Shown here: piece after piece, positions 49,217 to 57,291 of the stretch
Layout: each line of letters begins with the position of its first letter
Numbering within the stretch: the first letter of the stretch is position 1
Assembly (NCBI GenBank): GCA_041907025.1
Contig: JAYRIB010000004.1
Coordinates: forward strand, 1,223 to 65,222
Direction: 5' to 3'
DNA length: 64,000 bases
From: Candidatus Saccharimonadia bacterium
GTDB taxonomy: Bacteria; Patescibacteriota; Saccharimonadia; CAILAD01; JADZBC01
Program-made: the position numbers and the translations under genes
The notes under the pieces: generated by a model
Database searches by the model: none
The model's input: the letters and a program-made list of their open reading frames with translations, nothing else
What the model was told of the DNA's origin: nothing

Positions 49217-49243
49217 AGTAGAACAAAAGGGAACACAACTACT

Positions 49244-50224
49244 ATGCGCATACTTTCGGGCATTCAGGCTACTGGAAAACTACACATCGGCAATTATTTG
49301 GGGATGGTTAAGCCATTTGTAGACATGCAGGATAAGGGTGAGGCCTTTTACTTTATTCCAAACCTACACTCACTCAATGTTCGCCCCGACCCAGAAGTGC
49401 TGCGGCAAGACACACTGGCGAATGTTGCGTGGTTTTTGGCAGCTGGCGTAGACCCTAAAAAGTCAGTTGTGTTCACTCAATCGCATGTGTCGGCGCACTC
49501 AGAGCTATGCTGGATACTCAATAACTTCGTTACTATGGGTGAGCTGAGCCGTATGACGTCGTATAAGGACAAGAGTGCTTCAAGGGGCGCCGAGGGGCAG
49601 CTCGTAGCGCTTTATACCTACCCGGTACTCATGGCTGCCGACATTATTCTCTACGATGCTGAGCTGGTGCCTGTCGGGGAGGATCAAAAGCAGCACGTGG
49701 AGCTGACTCGGGATATCGTAGGGCGTTTTAACAAGCTCTATGGCGACACATTCGTGGCCCCAAAGGCAGTTCTGCCCTCCGTTGGGGCACGCATCATGAG
49801 TCTGCAAGACCCATCGAGCAAGATGAGCAAGAGCGATCCGAACCAAAGCGGCAACATAATGCTCCTTGATGACGAGCTGACGATTAGAAATAAGGTTAAA
49901 CGAGCCGTAACAGATGCTAAGGGCGAGGTGAAAGTGTCTGAACACGGTGGCGCCGTTACTAATCTCATGCACATTTATAGCGGTTTTTCCGGTAAGAGCA
50001 TGCATGAAATTGAGCAATTATACGTAGGTAAGGGGTATGGGGACTTCAAGTCCGATCTAGCAGACATTCTAGTGGAGGAAGTCAGTGTTTTACAGCGTAC
50101 ATTCCACGCGTTAATGGCTGACGAAGACTACCTACTTAAGGTTCTCGAGGACGGTGCTATGCAGGCCAACCAAATAGCCACCCAAAAACTTAATGAAGTG
50201 AAGCAAAAGCTCGGCATACTATAG
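49244..50224 (+). CDS. trpS: Tryptophan--tRNA ligase
   Basis: HIGNY, YPVLMAADI, VGEDQKQH and KMSKS motifs. Confidence 0.98.
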   Translation: MRILSGIQATGKLHIGNYLGMVKPFVDMQDKGEAFYFIPNLHSLNVRPDPEVLRQDTLANVAWFLAAGVDPKKSVVFTQSHVSAHSELCWILNNFVTMGELSRMTSYKDKSASRGAEGQLVALYTYPVLMAADIILYDAELVPVGEDQKQHVELTRDIVGRFNKLYGDTFVAPKAVLPSVGARIMSLQDPSSKMSKSDPNQSGNIMLLDDELTIRNKVKRAVTDAKGEVKVSEHGGAVTNLMHIYSGFSGKSMHEIEQLYVGKGYGDFKSDLADILVEEVSVLQRTFHALMADEDYLLKVLEDGAMQANQIATQKLNEVKQKLGIL

Positions 50225-50286
50225 TAGAATGTAGTATTTACAACACACTTTTACAGGTTAGGGCAGACGAAATAGCATAAAAAGTA

Positions 50287-50315
50287 TTGACGGAAGCATA
50301 AGCATTTGCTATACT
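50287..50315 (+). promoter_or_regulatory. Near-consensus sigma70-type promoter
   Basis: TTGACG-N17-TATACT with an extended -10 TG. Confidence 0.8.
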
Positions 50316-50321
50316 TGTATC

Positions 50322-50825
50322 AACATAAGTTAGTCCTTTAAAACAAAAATAAAACTCAAAAAGTTTCTCCAGGAAAAGGTAGCCCGGACTCTACGAGCGG
50401 GCGAGTAACGGTAGGGCAAGCCCGGCATAGAAACAACCCCCTTGTTTCTAGTCGGACTCTCCCTACTGTTCTATGGGTAACAAGCCGCTAATGTTCGTAC
50501 GTTCTAGGCTTAAGTTATACACTACCCGTTGGCTATAGCCAGTAAACTGCATCGGATCGCAACCAGCGATAGGTATAGCTTACTGGCTAAACCGGACGGA
50601 TGGTGGGGAAGCGAGACTTTGACAAAAGCAGTGATGCTTGTGTCACACAACAGTCTCACCTGTAAGCTTGGCCTCATTGGCTAAGGTTACTTACCGGGCC
50701 TCCGCGTGCCAATTTGTTTCTTAACATTAGGGCAGATGCGATTAGAGGCCCGTAACCATGCAATCATAGTCGTTCAGACTACTTCGCACAATAATGTCGA
50801 CTCGGCACAACGTGCGGAGTTTTTT
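50322..50825 (+). ncRNA. Putative large structured ncRNA of unknown family (~500 nt)
   Basis: No ORF of 60 aa or more; eight consecutive helical elements; bounded by a promoter and a hairpin-plus-T6 terminator (50800-50825). Confidence 0.7.
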
Positions 50826-51051
50826 ATTTGGCTTAGTTAGGGCTTGAGACGTGGTGCTAAGAGTGACGCGAAGTAAAGCAATCTTCGCAATTCGAATAGA
50901 ACAAAAAAGTAGCTCATTACGCTTTGGAATATGTCACTAATAAATATAGTGTTCATATAAACGTGTGGTAGTGTTCGATTCTTTGGGTAAGTTGTTGCTA
51001 CGGGCGTGCCTGCTTGAGCTGAAGGTCCATATCTGGGATAATAGGTGCTAT

Positions 51052-51453
51052 ATGGCAAAAACAGACAAGCTACAGAAGGGGATATTTGGGGTAGGGCTTG
51101 TTACTTCGTGCCTACTTTCCTTTACAGTGCTCCTTAGTTTAATGGTTATGGCGAGTCCATCCGAGCTTGGACCTGCCGGTGTTACCCTATGGTTTATTCT
51201 GGCCCTAATAGCCCTTACGACGCTGTTTATGTTACTGTACTGGTCGTACAGTCGAAAAAAGAACAGCTTTGTGAACGGTCGTAGGCAGTCAGTCGGTGCA
51301 TTTAGGGTGGCAGTAGTGCCAGCTGGCGCCATTGTAGTTCTGCTAGGCATGAGTAGCCTCGGTACGCTGACATTGCACGATACACTGCTCGTGCTGGGTG
51401 CCACATTTATTATTGAGACTTACTTGTACACAACCGAGAGGAGGGGGCTATGA
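51052..51453 (+). CDS. Hypothetical four-TM membrane protein
   Basis: Hydrophobic ORF whose stop overlaps the pheS start. Confidence 0.65.
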   Translation: MAKTDKLQKGIFGVGLVTSCLLSFTVLLSLMVMASPSELGPAGVTLWFILALIALTTLFMLLYWSYSRKKNSFVNGRRQSVGAFRVAVVPAGAIVVLLGMSSLGTLTLHDTLLVLGATFIIETYLYTTERRGL

Positions 51454-52424
51454 GCTCAATCATTGAATCCGCGCGGAGCGCTGCCGCAGCCGCCCAAACT
51501 GAGAATGATTTACAGCTTGTTAAAGCGCAGTTTCTAGGTAAGAAGAGCGAGCTCCAGGCCGGTTTGCGCGCGCTTTCAAGCCTGGGCCAAGAAGAGCGCA
51601 AGCAAAAGGGAGCCGAGCTTAACCGTCTAAAGCTGGAGCTCGAAGAAGTATTTTCTTTGCGCCATGCTTCGCTCCTCAACGAGCTTGATGCCCTACCGCC
51701 ACTTGATCTTACGGCACCTGGTATTGGCCAGGGGTTTGGCCATGCCCATCCAGTAACGCTCGTTATGAGTGAGCTATATAGCTCGTTTACTCGCTTGGGC
51801 TTTGCGATAGTTGATAGCAACGAAATAGAGGATGACTGGCACAACTTTGAGGCACTGAATATGCCGCCGCACCACCCGGCCCGCGATATGCAGGACACGT
51901 TTTATATTAAGGACAGCGAAGACTCTCATCGTATTCTGCCTCGTACTCACACCTCTGGCATGCAGGTACGGTTTATGAAGGATAACAAGCCACCGTTTAA
52001 GATCATCGTGCCGGGCAAGGTTTTCCGGAATGAAGATGAAGACAGAACACACTTGTGGTCATTTACCCAGGTGGAAGGTTTGGTTGTGGGTGAAGGGGTG
52101 TCGTTAGTACATCTTAAAGGCGTGTTACTTGCAGCTATGAAAGACTTGTTAGGTGAAGACACAGAGATTCGATTGCGACCGAGTTATTTTCCTTACACTG
52201 AACCATCGATTGAGATCGACGTGACTTACAAGGGAGAGTGGTTGGAGCTTCTGGGTGGCGGCATGGTACACCCAAGTGTACTACAGAACGCTGGTATTGA
52301 CCCTGAGCGCTATAGCGGTTTTGCCTTTGGTATCGGGCCGGAGCGGGTTGCTATGGTGAAGTATCGCATCTCGGATTTACGCAACTTTTGGCGACCAAAG
52401 CTTGACTATCTGGAGCAGTTTTAA
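51450..52424 (+). CDS. pheS: Phenylalanine--tRNA ligase alpha subunit
   Basis: HPARDMQDTF, RTHTS, YFPYTEPS and GFAFGIG motifs. Confidence 0.98.
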   Translation: MSSIIESARSAAAAAQTENDLQLVKAQFLGKKSELQAGLRALSSLGQEERKQKGAELNRLKLELEEVFSLRHASLLNELDALPPLDLTAPGIGQGFGHAHPVTLVMSELYSSFTRLGFAIVDSNEIEDDWHNFEALNMPPHHPARDMQDTFYIKDSEDSHRILPRTHTSGMQVRFMKDNKPPFKIIVPGKVFRNEDEDRTHLWSFTQVEGLVVGEGVSLVHLKGVLLAAMKDLLGEDTEIRLRPSYFPYTEPSIEIDVTYKGEWLELLGGGMVHPSVLQNAGIDPERYSGFAFGIGPERVAMVKYRISDLRNFWRPKLDYLEQF

Positions 52425-55237
52425 TGAAGCTTTCCGTTAAAACACTCAATACTTACCTTAAGAAACCACTTACTACAGAGCGAGTAGTTGAGCTTCTGGG
52501 CCGCACTGAAGTTGAGATTGAAGAGGTTGTTTCAGCTAACACCTGGGACGAGAAGATCATTGCTGCCAAGGTCCAAGAGGTACGGCAGCATCCAGACGCT
52601 GATCGTTTACGCATAGCCACCGTTGATACTGGGTTGGAAACTGTAGAGATTGTCTGCGGTGCACCGAACTTGGCTCAGCACCAAGTTGTTGTCTTGGCGC
52701 AAGTTGGCGCCACATTGCCTGATGGTTTGCGGATCGAATCGGCTAAGCTTCGTGGAGTAACTTCGAATGGTATGCTGTGCTCGGCCAAAGAGCTTGGTAT
52801 TTCAGACGATCATGCTGGGATTATGGTGCTACCAGATGAAACACCACTTGGCGCAACATTGTGCGACATATGGCAAAAGGGCGACACCCTTGATATAAAG
52901 ACACCTGCAAACAGGTGGGATTATCTTAGTTTTGTTGGGCTGGCCAGGGAAGTGGCTGCTCAGGATGAGGGGAACGAGCTGGTAGAGCCACCAGTCGAGG
53001 AAATTACATATTGCGACACTGAACTTGTAAAAGTCAAGGAAAAGGGGGAATGTAGGCGATTCGTGAGCGTTAAGATGTCTGTGAATAACGCTGTGAAGTC
53101 CCCGCAGTGGCTTGTGGATAACTTAGAAGAGAATGGCCTGCGCAGCATTAGTCCTGTTGTAGACATTACCAACTTTGTCATGCTTGAGACTGGCCAGCCT
53201 TCGCACGCTTACGACGCCAAAAAGCTACACGGTGCGTTGCAGGTACGCTTTGGCTCCCCCACCGATAAACTTACAACATTAGATGGCGTGGTGCGCAACT
53301 TGGGTGTTGAGGATCTGGTGATAGCAGACGATAGTGGTGTAATAGCCTTGGCGGGCGTGATGGGCGGCGTGAGTACTGAAGTTGACGCCCAGACGACCGA
53401 GATCCTCTTGGAGGTTGCCAACTTTGACCGCACAAGGGTGCGTAAGGCGGCATTAAGACACGGTTTGCGCAGTGAAGCGTCGGCCCGGTTCGAGCGCTCA
53501 CTCCCTCTCCCCTTGCCTACTTTGGCAGCTAGTCGACTTATATCCTTACTTAAAGAAGTTGCTGAGGCAAAGGTGATTGACTCCCCTTGTGACCAGCTCT
53601 ATGGTTGGCCTTGGGTTCAGCAAATTGGCTTACGTTTACGCAAGGCGGAAAAGCTCTTAGGCACGCCGCTTGATGAAAAGCAGGTGATGAGTGGGCTCAA
53701 GCAGCTCGGATTTGAAGTTGAGCATTTTAGTATTACCAAGGAATCGCGCAAGCACCTAGGTAAGCCGTATATCTGGGGTGCAAATTTCCGAGAGCACGGC
53801 GAATCTGGCTTTGATTGTTCATACCTCATTGATCGCATCTATTCACGCATTGGTGTGCATGTTGGCCACGTGGCGCTTGGTCAATTCCACTTTGGGCGGC
53901 CAGTCGAGGTTGGTGACTTACGCCCAGGCGACGTGGTATTTTACGAAGGCTTAATTAAGAATTCACCAACCGATCACTACTATGTGGCCGACGGCCGCGG
54001 CGGTCACACTAAGATCGAACTTGACAAGCCTATGAAGGTGGGGCATAACGGCATATACATTGGCGACAACCGAGTAATAACTGCTATTCAGTATGAACGC
54101 AAAGGAGAAGACTGGGTTCCTCGGGCCGAGCAAGGCGTGATCGAGGTGCCATTAAGTGACTTCACCAACGACCCAACTTATCTGGGTGCTCGACGCTATG
54201 TTGAGAACTTTAATCATATTCTGGCTATCACAGCACCTTGGTGGAGGACGGATGTGCGCTTAGAAGAAGACATGATTGAGGAAATCGTGAAGATTATCGG
54301 CTATGATGCGATTCCAGCTGAACTACCTCCCCTGCCTCCAACCAACACGCGACCGCATCAACTACTTCCACGGATACTGGAGTTTAAAAAGGCATTGAGC
54401 GCTAGTGGTCTGCAAGAGATTGTGTCATATTCATTTATTAGCGAACGCTCGATTAAGCGCCTGCATCAGAATCCCCATGACTTTCTTGAGATCGCAAACC
54501 CGCTCAGCCGCGAACAGCAATTCTTGCGTCGATCAATGCTACCGAGTCACCTCGATATGGTCAGAAATAACCAGACGTATGCGAAGGAGTTTTTGTGCTT
54601 TGAGGTTGCTCGCACCTATCGGCCCACACAAGACGGCGCTTTGCCAAGCGAGATTTGGCAGCTGGGTATTACGGTGGTGGGTCCGCAGAGTACCCTGAGA
54701 CTTAAAAAAGTGTTCGATAATGTAGCTCAGTATTGTGGCGCCAACCTCGAGTACCAGCCAGTTGATGAGATGCCGTTTGTACCTGGCCGAAGGGCAATAG
54801 TTAAGCAGGAAGAAACTCACCTTGGTAGCTTTGGCCAGTTGAGTAAGCAAGTGCTTGCAGCGAGCGAGATTAGCGCAGAAGTTAGCTATGGCGAGCTGGA
54901 GCTGGGTGAGTTGCTCGGTAGTGAAACGCAACTACATGTTGCTGATCTGCCTGACTATCAGCTTGTAAGGCGTGATATTACGTTTAGCTGCCAATCAGGA
55001 GTGGCTTGGACAGATGTGTGCCGCCTTGTAGCTCAGTCTCAGGGTGTTATGAAGGTTGAGTATCTCGATCAGTATCAGGATGCAGCAATGCAGAAGGATC
55101 GTATTAAGCGTTTAAGTTTGCGTTTGTGGTTCGATCTTGGCGCCAACCCAACTGCTGAGGAGATCAAGAAGCGCCAGGATGCAGTTGAACGAACGCTGAC
55201 ATCGAGCGAAACACTGGGCAAAGTCACAATTAACTAG
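52424..55237 (+). CDS. pheT: Phenylalanine--tRNA ligase beta subunit with an inserted NlpC/P60 domain
   Basis: HPDADRL, IVCGAPN, NRWD, VDITNFV, RFER and PWWRTDV..EEDMIEEI motifs; insert GKPYIWG..FDCS..GHNGIY. Confidence 0.95.
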   Translation: MKLSVKTLNTYLKKPLTTERVVELLGRTEVEIEEVVSANTWDEKIIAAKVQEVRQHPDADRLRIATVDTGLETVEIVCGAPNLAQHQVVVLAQVGATLPDGLRIESAKLRGVTSNGMLCSAKELGISDDHAGIMVLPDETPLGATLCDIWQKGDTLDIKTPANRWDYLSFVGLAREVAAQDEGNELVEPPVEEITYCDTELVKVKEKGECRRFVSVKMSVNNAVKSPQWLVDNLEENGLRSISPVVDITNFVMLETGQPSHAYDAKKLHGALQVRFGSPTDKLTTLDGVVRNLGVEDLVIADDSGVIALAGVMGGVSTEVDAQTTEILLEVANFDRTRVRKAALRHGLRSEASARFERSLPLPLPTLAASRLISLLKEVAEAKVIDSPCDQLYGWPWVQQIGLRLRKAEKLLGTPLDEKQVMSGLKQLGFEVEHFSITKESRKHLGKPYIWGANFREHGESGFDCSYLIDRIYSRIGVHVGHVALGQFHFGRPVEVGDLRPGDVVFYEGLIKNSPTDHYYVADGRGGHTKIELDKPMKVGHNGIYIGDNRVITAIQYERKGEDWVPRAEQGVIEVPLSDFTNDPTYLGARRYVENFNHILAITAPWWRTDVRLEEDMIEEIVKIIGYDAIPAELPPLPPTNTRPHQLLPRILEFKKALSASGLQEIVSYSFISERSIKRLHQNPHDFLEIANPLSREQQFLRRSMLPSHLDMVRNNQTYAKEFLCFEVARTYRPTQDGALPSEIWQLGITVVGPQSTLRLKKVFDNVAQYCGANLEYQPVDEMPFVPGRRAIVKQEETHLGSFGQLSKQVLAASEISAEVSYGELELGELLGSETQLHVADLPDYQLVRRDITFSCQSGVAWTDVCRLVAQSQGVMKVEYLDQYQDAAMQKDRIKRLSLRLWFDLGANPTAEEIKKRQDAVERTLTSSETLGKVTIN

Positions 55238-55284
55238 CGATTCATTGGATAGGCCTCTATAATGAGTAACAAGACACAAGCATT

Positions 55285-56766
55285 ATGAGGCAAACCATTC
55301 ATCAGCCAGTAAAGACAACTAAGCTAAGTAGCCAGGCACAAGCCTGGGTAGTTGGCTACCTTCGTACGCTTGGGCTTATGGCGATTGGCGGAGTTGTGGC
55401 CTTTGCGGCTATTAATACCCTATTGTCAGCGTCACTTACTGGCGTGGTCTACCCAGGAGTGAAGGTGGCTGGTCAGAATGTGGCTTTCAAGACACGCGCG
55501 CAGGTGGTGTCTGAACTCAAAAAGCGTAAAGACCAACATACCTTGACGATTTACTTAGCCGACAAGACGTATGTGATGAAGAGCAGTGAGCTTGGCGCGA
55601 CACGAGACATTTCCGCTACGGTCGATGCGGCTTACGGCGTCGGGCGTGCTACTCCTTGGCCAATGATCGGTTTGCTCAGCTCAATACGCAGTGGACAGAC
55701 TGGATATGCCTATAACCTTAACTCGGCCCAGCTTAATAACTTTGTATCGAAAGTGCTTGGTGACATTGGTCGAGCACCCGTTAATGCCAAGGTGGAAGTG
55801 GTAGAAGGCAAGATGATTGCAGTAGCAGATCAAGATGGTGTGTCGCTTGATCAAAAGCAGCTCGCTCAGACGCTGCAAGAGGCCTTGGCTGAGGGTAGAG
55901 ATAGATCGGTCGAACTCCAGCCAGCCACAGTAAAGGCCGATATTCGGCTCTCGGACACTGAGCCCGTCATTAATCAAGCGAATCAGCTTGCTCAGTCTGA
56001 GCTGATACTGAACTACGAAGGCAAGGTGTATCGGCCATCACCAAGCGCAGTGGTTACTTGGCTGGTGTTCCCTACCAAAACGGGTCCTTCAGGTGCCACT
56101 TCTCTGGCTGTTGATATTGATGAGGCCAAGGTTCGTGGCTATGTCCAGTCAGTCGCTAACGAAATTAACATTACCCCAACTAATAAGAAGGTGACAATCA
56201 AAAACGGGGTCAGCACTGTTGACCAAGAAGGCAGAGATGGTTTGGCAATCAATCAGGAGCAGGCTACCGCAGGGCTGGTGGCGGCCTTGCGTAAGCAGGC
56301 AGGCGCCAACCTTACTATCGCAGCCTCGCCCGTGGCCTATAAGACAGAGTATAATCGGGTAACGACGCTCGACGTTGGTCGTTATATTGAGATCAACTTG
56401 AGCACGCAGCAGCTGTGGGTGTACCAGGATAGCCAGGTCATTTATTCCTCACCGATCACGAGTGGCGCTACAGGCATGGGCTTCCCTACGGTAACAGGAC
56501 TTTTTAGCATTTATTCGAAATCTACAAACATCTGGTTGGATGGCCGTGCTTATGGTGAGAATTATAACTACCGAGTCCTGGTGGATTATTGGATGCCCTT
56601 CCACGGCGGGTTTGGCCTACATGACGCCTGGCGCTGGCGAACATCATTTGGCGGTGCGGACTATTACTACAATGGTAGTCATGGCTGTGTCAACCTACCT
56701 CTTGCGACTGCTGCATTTATCTATAATTGGGCCGATATTGGTACGCCTGTCTGGGTCCACACCTAG
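55285..56766 (+). CDS. L,D-transpeptidase (YkuD) with PG_binding_4-like domains
   Basis: N-terminal TM; IEINLSTQQL, GLHDA and GSHGCVNL motifs. Confidence 0.92.
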   Translation: MRQTIHQPVKTTKLSSQAQAWVVGYLRTLGLMAIGGVVAFAAINTLLSASLTGVVYPGVKVAGQNVAFKTRAQVVSELKKRKDQHTLTIYLADKTYVMKSSELGATRDISATVDAAYGVGRATPWPMIGLLSSIRSGQTGYAYNLNSAQLNNFVSKVLGDIGRAPVNAKVEVVEGKMIAVADQDGVSLDQKQLAQTLQEALAEGRDRSVELQPATVKADIRLSDTEPVINQANQLAQSELILNYEGKVYRPSPSAVVTWLVFPTKTGPSGATSLAVDIDEAKVRGYVQSVANEINITPTNKKVTIKNGVSTVDQEGRDGLAINQEQATAGLVAALRKQAGANLTIAASPVAYKTEYNRVTTLDVGRYIEINLSTQQLWVYQDSQVIYSSPITSGATGMGFPTVTGLFSIYSKSTNIWLDGRAYGENYNYRVLVDYWMPFHGGFGLHDAWRWRTSFGGADYYYNGSHGCVNLPLATAAFIYNWADIGTPVWVHT

Positions 56767-56836
56767 GATCCTGCTTATGGTTCTGGTTTGCGCACCGTAT
56801 TCTTGATATAATTCAATGAAAAGGTAAACGAACGTT

Positions 56837-57268
56837 ATGCAAGCCCAGGCCAACCCTAATCTTAATCCTGATACCCAGCCCCGTATGGCTACGGGCGAGC
56901 AAAGGAACACACCTGAGCGGCAGCTGGATCGTCCTCCTTCCCAGCAGCCTGAGCGGCAGGCAACGAGCCCAGCCGAAAAGGGTAGTCATCAGCCTTCGGG
57001 GTTGCCAACTCAGGCTGTCACTGCTCCTCAAGTGGCTAGCGTGGCTCAGCCAGTAGTTAGTGCGGCATCAGCGACAGTCGCTCCTTCCAGCCTGTCGGCC
57101 ACCGACGGTGGAAAACTTGAGAAGCCTTGGGTTGACCGCGCCGATGAGATTATTGAGAAGACTGCCCAAGACCCGTACGCGGAGGAAGAAGCACATGAGG
57201 AGCTCAGCGCACTTTATCTTAAACAGCGTTTCAACCTTGATATTAAAAGGAACAACCCGCAGCGCTAG
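56837..57268 (+). CDS. Hypothetical protein (low-complexity N-terminus, helical C-terminus)
   Basis: LEKPWVDRADEII...DPY...YLKQRF; sits directly before a coupling-type ATPase. Confidence 0.7.
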   Translation: MQAQANPNLNPDTQPRMATGEQRNTPERQLDRPPSQQPERQATSPAEKGSHQPSGLPTQAVTAPQVASVAQPVVSAASATVAPSSLSATDGGKLEKPWVDRADEIIEKTAQDPYAEEEAHEELSALYLKQRFNLDIKRNNPQR

Positions 57269-57291
57269 CGGGTAAAACGGGCGGATACATA

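Noticed and set aside
50322-50825. Group I intron, SRP RNA or T-box as the identity of the large RNA
   Set aside because: GTTCAGACTA only loosely resembles the group I R element, there is no interrupted host gene, and neither the SRP domain IV motif nor a TGGNACC antiterminator was found by eye.
53725-54210. Intein in pheT
   Set aside because: No C-terminal His-Asn followed by Cys/Ser/Thr and no Hint motifs; the insert has NlpC/P60 motifs instead.
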